Counted from the first letter of the stretch, positions 18,639-28,990 are shown. The stretch is 64,000 nucleotides of DNA from an uncultured Planctomycetia bacterium (GCA_964489445.1 CAZAYU010000003.1:65172-129171); one strand, 5' to 3'. A program made the numbers and translations. The notes: generated by a model not told the origin, from the letters alone.

Positions 18639-19619
18639 ATGAAACAAGTTTGGGATTTTGAGAAACCGATAATTGAGCTTACAAATAAGATAGAAGGATT
18701 GAAGAAATTTTCTTTAGACAAGAAAATAAATCTTTCTCTGGAAGTAAGTAATTTAGAAGAGAAATTAAAAATACTTAAAAAAGAAATTTATTCTAGCTTA
18801 ACTCCTTGGCAAAAAGTGCAAATTTCCCGTCATTCTAATCGGCCAACTACATTAGATTATATCAAATTAATAATGACTGATTTTGTTCCTTTGGCTGGAG
18901 ATAGGCTTTACGGGGAAGATAAAGCCCTGGTTTGTGGTTTTGCTATGTTAGAAGGGCAAAAAATTGTTGTTGTAGGACATCAAAAAGGAAAAGACACTAA
19001 AGAAAATATTAAGCGTAATTTTGGTTGTGCTCATCCTGAAGGTTATCGAAAAGCAATGCGTATTATGAGGCTGGGGCAACGATTTAAATTACCAGTAATT
19101 TGCTTAATTGATACTCCAGGAGCTTATCCGGGGGTAGGCGCTGAAGAAAGAGGACAGGCTCAAGCAATTGCTGAGAATATTCGAGATATGTTTTCTTTAC
19201 GAACACCAATAGTAGTTACTGTGATTGGTGAAGGAGGAAGCGGAGGCGCACTGGGTGTTGGTGTAGGTGACAAGGTGCTCATCTTGGAGTATGCTTATTA
19301 CTCAGTAATTTCTCCCGAAGGGTGTGCGGCAATATTATGGAAAGATGCTGGAAAAAGAGAAGAAGCTGCTCGAGTGTTAAAATTAACAGCGCCGGACCTC
19401 TTGCAACTAGGGATTGTAGATGAAATTATTACGGAAGCAGAAGGAGGAGCCCATTGGGGACATCAGCAGACAGCGAATAATTTGAAAAAAGCTTTAGTAA
19501 CAAGATTAAACGAACTTTCCCAATTTTCTTTAGATGAGTTATTGAATAGACGCTATCAACGGTATAGAAAAATGGGGTCATTTAGTGAAATCCTTCCCGG
19601 TTCTGCTCTAAAAGAATAA
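18639..19619 (+). CDS. accA: Acetyl-CoA carboxylase carboxyltransferase alpha subunit
   Basis: DFEKPI, PEGYRKA, IDTPGAYPG..AEERGQ, GEGGSGGAL, YSVISPEGCAAILW. Confidence 0.97.
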   Translation: MKQVWDFEKPIIELTNKIEGLKKFSLDKKINLSLEVSNLEEKLKILKKEIYSSLTPWQKVQISRHSNRPTTLDYIKLIMTDFVPLAGDRLYGEDKALVCGFAMLEGQKIVVVGHQKGKDTKENIKRNFGCAHPEGYRKAMRIMRLGQRFKLPVICLIDTPGAYPGVGAEERGQAQAIAENIRDMFSLRTPIVVTVIGEGGSGGALGVGVGDKVLILEYAYYSVISPEGCAAILWKDAGKREEAARVLKLTAPDLLQLGIVDEIITEAEGGAHWGHQQTANNLKKALVTRLNELSQFSLDELLNRRYQRYRKMGSFSEILPGSALKE

Positions 19620-19625
19620 AAAAGG

Positions 19626-20168
19626 ATGCGTATCCAAAAACTGATAATTTTAGGAATCCTTAAGGAAGGGCCAAGGCACGGATACGAGATCAAAAAAATA
19701 ATCAATACCAAATTAGGAGTGTTTACTTCTCTTGACAACAAGTCAATATACTACCCGCTAAAGATCATGGAAAAGGGAGGGTTTATCAAGCGAAAAACCA
19801 TTCAAAATCCAGGAAGTTTATTGAGGTATGAGTATTCGATTACACCCCAAGGGGAAAAGGAATTTCTATCTCTCGCGATGAAGGCTTTACTTTCTCAGAA
19901 AAGGCCGTTTATTGACATTGATATTCCTTTATATTTTTTACCTTGCTTAGGCAAAAAAGAAGTTTTAGCTAGATTACGCTTACGGAAAAGATTTCTAGAG
20001 AAGGTTAAGCTGTGGCTAGAAGAAAATATAAATACAGCCAGTAAGTTTCCTGAACATCAACAGCTTCTTTTAAAACATCATTTAAATTTGGCAAGTGTAG
20101 AAGAACGCTTTGTTGACGAAATCATTACAATTGTCAAAAATCAACAACAATCAAAGATAAGTAGTTAA
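19626..20168 (+). CDS. PadR family transcriptional regulator
   Basis: ILGIL.EGPRHGYEI...SIYY.L...YSITPQG. Confidence 0.9.
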   Translation: MRIQKLIILGILKEGPRHGYEIKKIINTKLGVFTSLDNKSIYYPLKIMEKGGFIKRKTIQNPGSLLRYEYSITPQGEKEFLSLAMKALLSQKRPFIDIDIPLYFLPCLGKKEVLARLRLRKRFLEKVKLWLEENINTASKFPEHQQLLLKHHLNLASVEERFVDEIITIVKNQQQSKISS

Positions 20169-20270
20169 CACAGCCCGTTAAGATGTTGGGGCCTAGGCAC
20201 TTAAGAATTACTATCCATGTTGAAAAAGATCGTTATAAATGGTAATCTTTTATTGGGGGGCAAATGTAAA

Positions 20271-20669
20271 ATGGCTCAAAATAAATGCCGATTAGGAAAA
20301 AAACTTCCTAAATATTTTCGAGGGTTTACGTTAATTGAAGTAATGATTTCTGTTGCTATTTTAACAGTAGTTGTTACTAGCTTGCTAATGTCTATAGTGT
20401 CTTGTGTGATGTTAAACCAGGCTAGCAGCAATTTAATAGTTGCCGCTAGCGATGCGCAAGATATCTTAGAGGATATAAAGAGCCTGCCAAACATTTATAA
20501 CGATATAGATAGTTATTTGCCACCAGGACTAAATAGTTTAACTAATGAAACGGTTAGTGTTAATGTCCTTCAAGTAAGCGAAGGATTAAAAGAGGTAACA
20601 GTTAATGTTGAGTGGGTGGATAAACAAAGGCAAAATAGTTTTCTGTTAACAACAAGGATTAACCGATAG
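20271..20669 (+). CDS. Minor pilin (PilV-like)
   Basis: Prepilin site RG/FTLIEVM followed by a hydrophobic helix; start uncertain (20217 or 20271). Confidence 0.8.
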   Translation: MAQNKCRLGKKLPKYFRGFTLIEVMISVAILTVVVTSLLMSIVSCVMLNQASSNLIVAASDAQDILEDIKSLPNIYNDIDSYLPPGLNSLTNETVSVNVLQVSEGLKEVTVNVEWVDKQRQNSFLLTTRINR

Positions 20670-20670
20670 C

Positions 20671-21273
20671 ATGAAAAGCGTTAATAAGAATAAAAAAAAA
20701 TATCGGATAAGGCGCACCAAAAGCTTAACTCTTGTTGAAACTTTGTTGGCGGTTTCAATTTTTATGGTCGTTCTTATGGGGTTTATGGCTAGCTTGAGTT
20801 TAGGCGAGGTATTCTTTCCTTTAAACTCAGCTAATGTAGATATGAGATCAAATGTTAGAGTAGCTATAAATTGGATTGTAAAAGATGCCAGACAGGCAGT
20901 AAATTGGGATATTGCCAATAATAATCCAGGAAGTTCTCATCTTAAGTTTCGTCGAGTCAACGGGTTAAACATTGACACAGGAGAATATTTACTGGATGAA
21001 GATTATATTGAGTACAATTATGATGCCAGTTCTTTTAAAATTGTTCGGAATTTAGTCAATTCTGAGGGAAATATTATCCGCTCTTGGGAATTTAATAATA
21101 TTAACCAAGCGCCTTTTTATACTCAACATAATGAAGAAGTTCAAGAATTTAATGAGAATTCATTTAGGGACAACGGAAAATTAATTGTGATAATCTCGGG
21201 GCAAAAAGAAATTAGAGGAGAAATGAACGCAGATTTTTCTCTAAGATCGGATGTAAAGGTGAGAAATGAATAA
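20671..21273 (+). CDS. Minor pilin (PilW-like)
   Basis: KS/LTLVETL prepilin-like site, hydrophobic helix, C-terminal VKVRN. Confidence 0.75.
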   Translation: MKSVNKNKKKYRIRRTKSLTLVETLLAVSIFMVVLMGFMASLSLGEVFFPLNSANVDMRSNVRVAINWIVKDARQAVNWDIANNNPGSSHLKFRRVNGLNIDTGEYLLDEDYIEYNYDASSFKIVRNLVNSEGNIIRSWEFNNINQAPFYTQHNEEVQEFNENSFRDNGKLIVIISGQKEIRGEMNADFSLRSDVKVRNE

Positions 21274-22126
21274 AAAAGGATTTGCTTTAGTTGTAAGCTT
21301 GCTTACAGTATTGGCACTAAGTATTTTACTGGCCGGATTTTTTTTAAAAAGTATAAATGAAAAACATCTTGCTGAGAGATATGCTAATAGCATAAAAGCT
21401 TTTTGGTTGGCCGAAGCTGGAATTGCTGAAGGGATAAACAATTTACCTGGTAATGTTTCTAACTGTTTACAAGATGGATATTGCTATAGTGTTTTAGTTG
21501 TAAAGTTATCCGATGAGTACTACCAAATAAATTCGATAGGCACGGTTTCTTTGGCTTCTGGTGAGAAAGCAGAAAAAGAATTACAAGTAATTGTAAAAGT
21601 AAACCGTCCAGATTCTTCTAATTTTTCGCACGCAATAGAAACAACCGGCGAGCTACAAACGAGAGGAAGAGCGTACACGATTAACGGCACAATCAACGAG
21701 GAAGCTGCTTTAAATTTTGCTGATTTATTTGAATGTAGCAAAGAGGAGATGGAGTCAGCAGCTACTTACCTCTACGATGATGTTTTGCCAGAGCCAATTA
21801 ATGGAATAACGTGGGTGAATACAACTGATGGCAATGAATTAACAGTTGCTGGAAATATACAGGGTAGCGGAATTTTAGTTATTGCTGGCGACGTACACTT
21901 TTCCGGAACAATTGATATTGATGGTATAGTATATGTTATTGGAAAGCTAAGAATGTCTGGAACACCAACAATCAATGGAGCAATATTAGCTGAAAGCCAA
22001 GCGGAGGTTGATACTAGAATAGTCGGGCACGTTACTATTAATTATAATCCCGATACAATCAGTAGCGCTTTAATTTCTTTACAGGGGATGTCGTCAGAAG
22101 TTGTTTCTTGGCAAGAGGCCGAATAA
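21266..22126 (+). CDS. Minor pilin (PilX-like)
   Basis: KKG/FALV without E5, AFWLAEAG, C-terminal SWQE. Confidence 0.8.
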   Translation: MNKKGFALVVSLLTVLALSILLAGFFLKSINEKHLAERYANSIKAFWLAEAGIAEGINNLPGNVSNCLQDGYCYSVLVVKLSDEYYQINSIGTVSLASGEKAEKELQVIVKVNRPDSSNFSHAIETTGELQTRGRAYTINGTINEEAALNFADLFECSKEEMESAATYLYDDVLPEPINGITWVNTTDGNELTVAGNIQGSGILVIAGDVHFSGTIDIDGIVYVIGKLRMSGTPTINGAILAESQAEVDTRIVGHVTINYNPDTISSALISLQGMSSEVVSWQEAE

Positions 22127-22196
22127 GTGAATGCAGGATGATTGTTTAATAAATTTTGTCCAACCCAGAAAGAGTTAATTTAAAAAAGACCGGCAA

Positions 22197-22225
22197 TTGA
22201 CACTGATTATAAAAGATGATACCAT
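22197..22225 (+). promoter_or_regulatory. Putative sigma70 promoter of the pilus assembly operon
   Basis: TTGACA-17-TACCAT with TGn. Confidence 0.6.
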
Positions 22226-22311
22226 TTATTAATGCAATATCTTAAAATTGCTTGATAGCCATAGGCTTACAATAACAATATTTCTTTATAATTTAAAAGG
22301 GAAGGGGAAAA

Positions 22312-23625
22312 ATGAATAAAAATAATTCTTTATCCAATCTAAGCTTAAAGCGAAGAATGTGGATTGCTATCTCATTAATCACTGTGCTTCCTTTGATTAT
22401 TTTTTTCTATTATGTCTATGGTTATGACATTTCCTTTTGGGCTACAGCAATTTTGGGGACAATTGTTTTTTTGGGTTGGTGGATAGTGTTTGAAGTATTT
22501 TCTTCCATTGTGGGCATGTGTACTCGTTCTCGCATTGCCTTGGGAAGAATTGGCGAAGAGGTTCCTTCAGCTTCTGATGAAGTGCAAAATTTAGAGAGTA
22601 TTATCAACTTGCTTTCCGATAAAGTTAAAGATAGTTTTAGCCAGCTAAAAGATTTTACCCGAATGACTGGAGAATTAAATAAAGAAGTGTCAAAAAAGGT
22701 GCTTATACTTTCCACGGTTCTCCAAGCTAATGACCTATTTTCAAAAGAGACTCCTGCTGAAGAAGTTATAAAATTTCTTGCTAATCACCTAAAAGAGTTA
22801 ATGGAAAACAAAGTTTGTTTTTGTAGTTTAAAAGAAAGTCTTCTTGAAGGGTTGAGAGTGGTTGCTTGCGAAGGGATTTCTTCTGCCAAAGTTAAAGAGT
22901 TTGGAGAAGGAAAGGATAGTGAAATACCGCGAATAGGCAAGATAATAGTAGTGGATAACTACAGTAAACCAGCTAAATATTTATCTTGGGCGAAAGAATT
23001 AGGTCTTAATAATTTAGCTATTTCTCCCATAATTTCTAGAGGGCAAATTGTAGGCATTGTAGGTATTGGGAATAAAAAAGATAACTTTTCTTTCGGAAAA
23101 GATGATCTAGATGTTTTAAATCTGTTTAGTCAAAATGTCACTTTAATTTGGGAGCACCAACGCCTTTCTTCTAAAATTGAAGAGCTGGAGGTATTAGATC
23201 ATTTAACTGGATTGTACAATGAAAAAATGATTAGTAAGAGATTGGATGAAGAAATCAAAAGGGCTACCGCCTACCAGCGTCCTTGTGGTTTTATTTCGGT
23301 TAAAGTTGTAAATTATAAAGATTTCCAAAAAAAATCAGGACAAATTGAAGCTGAAAGAAATCTAAAAATAATAGCCAAGAATCTGAAGAAATGCTTAAGA
23401 CCGATTGATATGGGCGGAAGAATATCTCCGGATGCGCTAGGAGCTATCTTGATAGAAAAAAATAAACGGCAGTCTCAAGAAATAGCTAGTAGCCTAGACA
23501 GTCTGTTAAAGAAGGGGTGTTCTGAAGAAATTGAATTATTGTTTTCTGTTGCAGAAAGCCCCATTGATGGAATTTCTGCAACAGAGCTGTTATCGTTCGT
23601 TCGGAAGCAGAAAAAAAATAAATAA
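22312..23625 (+). CDS. Membrane protein with GAF and degenerate GGDEF domains (intact RxxD I-site)
   Basis: 2 TM, coiled coil, GAF-like region, DHLTGLYN, RPID five residues before SPDAL at the GGDEF position. Confidence 0.82.
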   Translation: MNKNNSLSNLSLKRRMWIAISLITVLPLIIFFYYVYGYDISFWATAILGTIVFLGWWIVFEVFSSIVGMCTRSRIALGRIGEEVPSASDEVQNLESIINLLSDKVKDSFSQLKDFTRMTGELNKEVSKKVLILSTVLQANDLFSKETPAEEVIKFLANHLKELMENKVCFCSLKESLLEGLRVVACEGISSAKVKEFGEGKDSEIPRIGKIIVVDNYSKPAKYLSWAKELGLNNLAISPIISRGQIVGIVGIGNKKDNFSFGKDDLDVLNLFSQNVTLIWEHQRLSSKIEELEVLDHLTGLYNEKMISKRLDEEIKRATAYQRPCGFISVKVVNYKDFQKKSGQIEAERNLKIIAKNLKKCLRPIDMGGRISPDALGAILIEKNKRQSQEIASSLDSLLKKGCSEEIELLFSVAESPIDGISATELLSFVRKQKKNK

Positions 23626-23628
23626 AAA

Positions 23629-24066
23629 ATGGAACCTAAAAGAAAAATTACTAAATTTCTAGGAGAGATTTTAGTAGAGAGGGGAGTCATTAACAATGCT
23701 CAGTTAAAAAAAGCTTTAGAAACCCAGAAACATGGAGAGGGGCTCATTGGAGAAGTAATTGTTGAGCTGGGATTTGCTAAAGAGGATGATATTGCTCATT
23801 GTTTGTCTTTGCAGTTTGGCTACCCTTATCTTCCTCTAGAAAACTATGAAATATCAGCAGAAATTGTAAAAATTATACCGCGCAAGGTTTGTGAATACTA
23901 TTGTTTGATTCCTATAGACAAAATAGGAGGAACGCTAACAATTGCTATGTCAAATCCTTTAAATGTGCAAGCGGTCGAAGATTTAGAAGATGTTGCTGAG
24001 TGTGATATCCAAATATTTGTGAGTACTCCTTCCGGAATCCGTAGCAGTATTAAAAAATTCTATTAA
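23629..24066 (+). CDS. Stand-alone MshEN/T2SSE_N domain protein
   Basis: FLGEILVERGVI....LKKALETQ, LIGEVIVELGF, IAMSNPLN; no ATPase domain. Confidence 0.85.
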   Translation: MEPKRKITKFLGEILVERGVINNAQLKKALETQKHGEGLIGEVIVELGFAKEDDIAHCLSLQFGYPYLPLENYEISAEIVKIIPRKVCEYYCLIPIDKIGGTLTIAMSNPLNVQAVEDLEDVAECDIQIFVSTPSGIRSSIKKFY

Positions 24067-24068
24067 AA

Positions 24069-25808
24069 ATGAACAAGAACGAACATAGTTCACTTAATAA
24101 TAGTGAAACATCATTAAGAGGGTTTTCTGGATATCTATTAAAAAAAGGAGCTTTGTCTAAAGAGGAACTAGAAAGAGCCCTGACTACGCAAAAAAGAGAA
24201 AGAGAGTCTTTAGTAGGAATCATAGTTAAAATGGGATTTATCAAGGAAGAAATATTGCTAAATCTTCTTTCTGGCTATCTTTCTGTCCCGCCGGTTAGAG
24301 TTTTGAATTTAGATATCCCTAAGCAGATTTTAGGGTTGGTTCCTGAGAAAATTGCTCGCGCCTATCAAGTATTACCGGTAGGAATAATTGGCAATACATT
24401 AACCCTAGCCATGGGAGATCCATTAAATGTTTTAGCGATTGATGATATTAAAAAAATTACTAAGTGCGAAGTTAATCCGATAATTGCTCCTTTTTCTCAA
24501 ATTGCAAAAGCTATTTCTAATAACTATGCGCATGCGCCTACGGAAACAATAGAAGAAATAATTAAGGATCAGTCAGTCGATGCGTTAACTATAATTAAAG
24601 AAGGAAAGAGAGGTGTTTCTCAGGAAGAGATCTTTCGTTCAACCAAAGAAGCTCCGGTAATTAAGTTTACTAATGCTTTTCTTAGAAGAGCGGTTCATGA
24701 TAAAACATCGGACATTTTAATTGAGCCGCTAGAGAATACAAGTAGAGTGAGGTTAAGAATAGACGGTATACTAAGAGAGTTGGAGACTTTTTCTAAAAAA
24801 ATGCATCCGTTTATAGTGTCACGAATAAAAGTGCTATGTAATCTAAATATTGCTGAGCATCGCCTTCCTCAGGAAGGACGATTTCGCAGCAGAATTCTTG
24901 ATAGGGATGTAGACTTCAGAGTGTCCATATTACCTTCTAGCTTAGGAGAAAAAGTAGCGATAAGAATTCTAGACAAAACAGCTGCTATCTTAAACCTTGA
25001 TTTTTTAGGGTACGAAGATGATGTATTAAAAAAAATTAAACAGGATAGCTTAAAGGCTCATGGTTTGCTTCTTGCTTGTGGCCCTACTGGAGCAGGAAAA
25101 ACAACGGCTTTGTATTCGGTAATAAATCATATTTATAGTTCAGAAAAAAATATTGTTACAGTAGAGGATCCGATAGAATATCAGCTAAGAGGAATCAACC
25201 AAGTAAGCATTAATCCGGCTATTGGATTAACATTTGCTTCCGGGTTAAGATCAATATTAAGGCAGGATCCGGACATTGTAATGATTGGGGAAATTAGAGA
25301 TAAAGAAACTTCTGGGATGGCTATTAAGGCGGCTTTAACTGGTCATTTAGTTTTATCTACCTTACATACAACCACTAGCGCTGGTTCTGTTACTCGGTTG
25401 GTAAATATGGATATTGAACCTTTTTTACTTTCTTCGACGCTGTTAGGAGTTCTTGCCCAGAGATTGGTTAGAGTATTATGTCCAAAATGCAAAGAAAAAA
25501 GTAATTTAGCTGATGAGACAAGAAAAAAGTATTCACTAGAAAATAAAATTGTTATTTATAAACCAAAAGGGTGTAGTTTTTGTCAGAACATCGGATATAA
25601 AGGGAGGGTGGCTTTAAGCGAATATTTACAGATTTCTCCCTCAATCAAAAAATTAATTAACTCTTGCGTTTCAGAGGGGATTATAAAGAAAGAAGCACGC
25701 ATCGAAGGCATGCGTACTTTGCGAGAAGACGGCATTATAAAGGTAGAGAAAGGTCTAACAACGTTAGAAGAAGTAGTGAGAGTAACTGCAGCAGATGAAG
25801 ATCTATAG
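24069..25808 (+). CDS. pilB: Type IV pilus/T2SS extension ATPase (PilB/GspE), paralog 1
   Basis: GPTGAGKTT, TVEDPIEY, LRQDPD, GEIRD, STLHT, two CxxC zinc motifs. Confidence 0.9.
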   Translation: MNKNEHSSLNNSETSLRGFSGYLLKKGALSKEELERALTTQKRERESLVGIIVKMGFIKEEILLNLLSGYLSVPPVRVLNLDIPKQILGLVPEKIARAYQVLPVGIIGNTLTLAMGDPLNVLAIDDIKKITKCEVNPIIAPFSQIAKAISNNYAHAPTETIEEIIKDQSVDALTIIKEGKRGVSQEEIFRSTKEAPVIKFTNAFLRRAVHDKTSDILIEPLENTSRVRLRIDGILRELETFSKKMHPFIVSRIKVLCNLNIAEHRLPQEGRFRSRILDRDVDFRVSILPSSLGEKVAIRILDKTAAILNLDFLGYEDDVLKKIKQDSLKAHGLLLACGPTGAGKTTALYSVINHIYSSEKNIVTVEDPIEYQLRGINQVSINPAIGLTFASGLRSILRQDPDIVMIGEIRDKETSGMAIKAALTGHLVLSTLHTTTSAGSVTRLVNMDIEPFLLSSTLLGVLAQRLVRVLCPKCKEKSNLADETRKKYSLENKIVIYKPKGCSFCQNIGYKGRVALSEYLQISPSIKKLINSCVSEGIIKKEARIEGMRTLREDGIIKVEKGLTTLEEVVRVTAADEDL

Positions 25809-25869
25809 ATCTTAAAAACAAATAATGTAGTCCTGAGAAGATTAAATTTTTTAAATAAAAAGAAGCAAT

Positions 25870-27573
25870 ATGTCAATTAAAGAAAAAATAATAAACTATA
25901 TTCAGCAGAATAAGGAAATAGACAAAAAAGTTCTTCTAGAGATTACTAAAAGCGCCAATGATTATAACGCTCTTAAAAGTGCGTTGGTTAGTAATAAGTT
26001 TATCGACGAGGAAGAATTGCTGTTATTTTTTTCTCGAGAATTAAAGATCCCTTTTTTGGATTTAAAGAAGTATAGAATTCCTGCTGAGAATAAAAATTTA
26101 TTTTCTCAAGAGATTGCTTTTAAATATGCAGTGGTTCCTATTTGCAAAATAGGAACAGTGCTTACACTGGCTATTTCTGATCCCTTAGATGTTATTGCTT
26201 GTGATGATATTAAAATTATTACTGGTGTGGATAAAGTAGATTTAGTGCTTTCTCGTAAGGAGGATATTCTTAAATCATTGAAGGTATTGCATGGAATTAC
26301 CGAAGAAATATCCAATGTTTTGGAAGAAGATTCCTTCGAAGAAGAACTAAGCGAAACCAGCGATGGCAATGATAATTTAGAGGATCTAATAAGTGAGAGT
26401 AAACATCCTCCAATTGTTCGAGCGATTGACATGATTATCTATAGCGCTTTAAAAAAGAGGGCTTCGGATATTCATATTGAGCCTTACGAAGATAAATTGT
26501 TAGTGCGTTACAGGGTTGATGGAGTACTTAGTGATGAATTTAGTTTTCCGAAAAAAAATCAACGAGCGGTAATTGCGCGAATAAAAATAATTTCTTCTTT
26601 AGATATCACGGACTCTCGTCTTCCTCAGGATGGAAGATTTAAGGTGAGGTTTGAGAATAGAGAGATTGATTTCAGAGTTTCTACACTTCCTACTCATTTT
26701 GGAGAAAAATTTGTTTTAAGAGTTTTAGACAAAGATAGCTTGTCTGCAGGATTAAAAAATTTAGGATTTTCTTCCCAACCTTTAAAATTATTTTCCGAAG
26801 CAGTAAAAGCACCTTTTGGGATTATTTTAGTTACTGGTCCGACGGGAAGCGGAAAATCGACTACTCTTTATTCAATTATCAAGAAAATTAATTCTCCGGA
26901 TAAAAATATTATTACCATTGAAGATCCGGTTGAGTATCGTTTAGAAGGGATAACCCAAATTCAGGTTAATGCAGACATCGGATTAACTTTTTCTGCAGGT
27001 TTGCACTCAGTGTTGCGTCAATCTCCAGATATTATTATGGTTGGAGAAATTAGAGATTCAGAAACAGCAGATATTGCGATTAAAGCATCCCTAACAGGAG
27101 AAGTTATTTTGTCTACCTTGCATACAAATAGTGCTGTAGGTGCAATTACTCGGTTGAGAGAAATGGGCACAGAAGCATTTCTTCTAGGGTCTTCATTGGT
27201 AGCGCTTACTGCACAAAGACTAGCTAGAAAATTGTGCCCTAAGTGTAAAGAAAAGTATAAAATGGACCGCGGTCTACTCAAGAGAATGAAATTAGAGTCT
27301 TTATTAAAAGACAAAGAAGAAAATTATTTTTATCGCTCCAAAGGATGTTCTTTTTGTGGACATAGTGGATATTATGGAAGAATTGCTATCTTAGAAGTTA
27401 TTTTACTCGATGATAAAATAAGAGAAATGGTAGCGGGAAGAAAATCAGAAGAAGAAATTATTAAATATGCTAAAAAATTTAGGTCTTTTAATTCTTTGCA
27501 AAATGACGGGTTGCTAAAGTGTGTCGACGGAATAACTTCGATAGAAGAAATTATCAGGGTAACTACTGAATAA
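25870..27573 (+). CDS. pilB: Type IV pilus/T2SS extension ATPase (PilB/GspE), paralog 2
   Basis: ASDIHIEP, GPTGSGKST, TIEDPVEY, GEIRD, STLHTN, two CxxC motifs. Confidence 0.9.
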   Translation: MSIKEKIINYIQQNKEIDKKVLLEITKSANDYNALKSALVSNKFIDEEELLLFFSRELKIPFLDLKKYRIPAENKNLFSQEIAFKYAVVPICKIGTVLTLAISDPLDVIACDDIKIITGVDKVDLVLSRKEDILKSLKVLHGITEEISNVLEEDSFEEELSETSDGNDNLEDLISESKHPPIVRAIDMIIYSALKKRASDIHIEPYEDKLLVRYRVDGVLSDEFSFPKKNQRAVIARIKIISSLDITDSRLPQDGRFKVRFENREIDFRVSTLPTHFGEKFVLRVLDKDSLSAGLKNLGFSSQPLKLFSEAVKAPFGIILVTGPTGSGKSTTLYSIIKKINSPDKNIITIEDPVEYRLEGITQIQVNADIGLTFSAGLHSVLRQSPDIIMVGEIRDSETADIAIKASLTGEVILSTLHTNSAVGAITRLREMGTEAFLLGSSLVALTAQRLARKLCPKCKEKYKMDRGLLKRMKLESLLKDKEENYFYRSKGCSFCGHSGYYGRIAILEVILLDDKIREMVAGRKSEEEIIKYAKKFRSFNSLQNDGLLKCVDGITSIEEIIRVTTE

Positions 27574-27603
27574 AGATTGATGGTAAGACGAGATGCGTAG
27601 AAT

Positions 27604-28818
27604 ATGAAATTATTTTATTATACAGTTAAGGACAAAGCAGGAAAAGTATTAAAGGGGTCAATAGAGGCAGAAACAGATAGCGCCCTAGTTTCCCATTTTC
27701 ATGATGAAGGATGTATAGTTTTTTCAATTAAGGAAATAAAAAATCAGAAGAGGAAAATAGTAAAAGGAAAAGTTAAAACCGAAGACTTGGTAATATTTTC
27801 TAGGCAATTTACCACATTGATTGAAAGCAGCATTCCCGTGGTAGAAGCCTTAGGCATTCTCAAAGAACAAGTTGAAAATGTCTATTTTAAAAGTGTTATC
27901 GAGTTAGTTCTAAAAGATGTCAAAGAAGGGGCAAGCCTTTCATCTGCCTTAGGAAAACACAAAAAAGTATTTCCCGATATTTATTTAAGTATGGTTAAGG
28001 CCGCTGAGGTATCAGGCAGCCTAGCAGAAATCTTAGATAGAGTGTCTGTTTATCTAGAAAAAAGTAATGCGTTAGCAAAGAAAGTAATGTCTGCTTTTTA
28101 TTATCCAATTGTTATTGTTATTATGGCAATTACGATAACTTCTTTTTTGATGTTTAAAGTTATTCCTACATTTAAAGGTATCTATGATTCTTTAGGAGGA
28201 GCGTTACCTTTGCCTACACAAATACTCATTAATATTACTGATAGTCTAACTCGTAAAGAATCTATTGTAATAATTTTGGTTCTATTAATTGGAGGGTTTT
28301 TTGGTTTTAAAAAATATATTAGTACCTCTAGTGGGCGAAGAAGATATGACCGGATTATTTTAAAAATTCCAGTTTTCGGTGATTTGTTAAAAAAGATAGC
28401 TATTGCTAAATTTTCTCGAACATTTGCTACTTTAGTAAAAAGTGGAGTGTCAATAGTTAAATGTTTAGAAATTGTAGCAAATACTTCAGGAAATAAAGTA
28501 ATTGAAGATGCGGTTTTGGAATCTAAAAAGTCTATTCAAAATGGAGAGACAATATCTGCTCCTTTAGAAAAAACAGGGGTGTTTCCTCCCATGGTGACCC
28601 GGATGATCTCTGTAGGAGAAAAAAGTGGGCGTCTCGAGCACATGCTATCTAAGGTCGCTCAATTTTATGAAGAACAAACAGATGCTATGGTTGCAGGTTT
28701 AAGTAGTTTAATAGAGCCGATAATAATAGCTTTTCTGGGAATAGTAGTGGGAGGAATAGTTGTTTCTTTATTTCTACCGATATTAAAAATAACTCAACAA
28801 ATAGGGGGTATGGGGTAA
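27604..28818 (+). CDS. pilC: Inner membrane platform protein PilC/GspF
   Basis: FSRQF.TL, LPLPTQIL, GEKSG.L..ML, LIEP; two T2SSF domains. Confidence 0.93.
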   Translation: MKLFYYTVKDKAGKVLKGSIEAETDSALVSHFHDEGCIVFSIKEIKNQKRKIVKGKVKTEDLVIFSRQFTTLIESSIPVVEALGILKEQVENVYFKSVIELVLKDVKEGASLSSALGKHKKVFPDIYLSMVKAAEVSGSLAEILDRVSVYLEKSNALAKKVMSAFYYPIVIVIMAITITSFLMFKVIPTFKGIYDSLGGALPLPTQILINITDSLTRKESIVIILVLLIGGFFGFKKYISTSSGRRRYDRIILKIPVFGDLLKKIAIAKFSRTFATLVKSGVSIVKCLEIVANTSGNKVIEDAVLESKKSIQNGETISAPLEKTGVFPPMVTRMISVGEKSGRLEHMLSKVAQFYEEQTDAMVAGLSSLIEPIIIAFLGIVVGGIVVSLFLPILKITQQIGGMG

Positions 28819-28990
28819 AACGATTATTTTGCTAGTGTAGAGACGAGAGAGCGTTGACAGAGGTATCTAGATATGTTATATCTTAATGTAGATAGATTAT
28901 TCTTTATATATATTATTATACCAACAGAACAGGTTTTTAAAAAAGGAGGTAAATAAACAAAAAACCTGGCTCTAAAAAAGGAGGAAAAAA

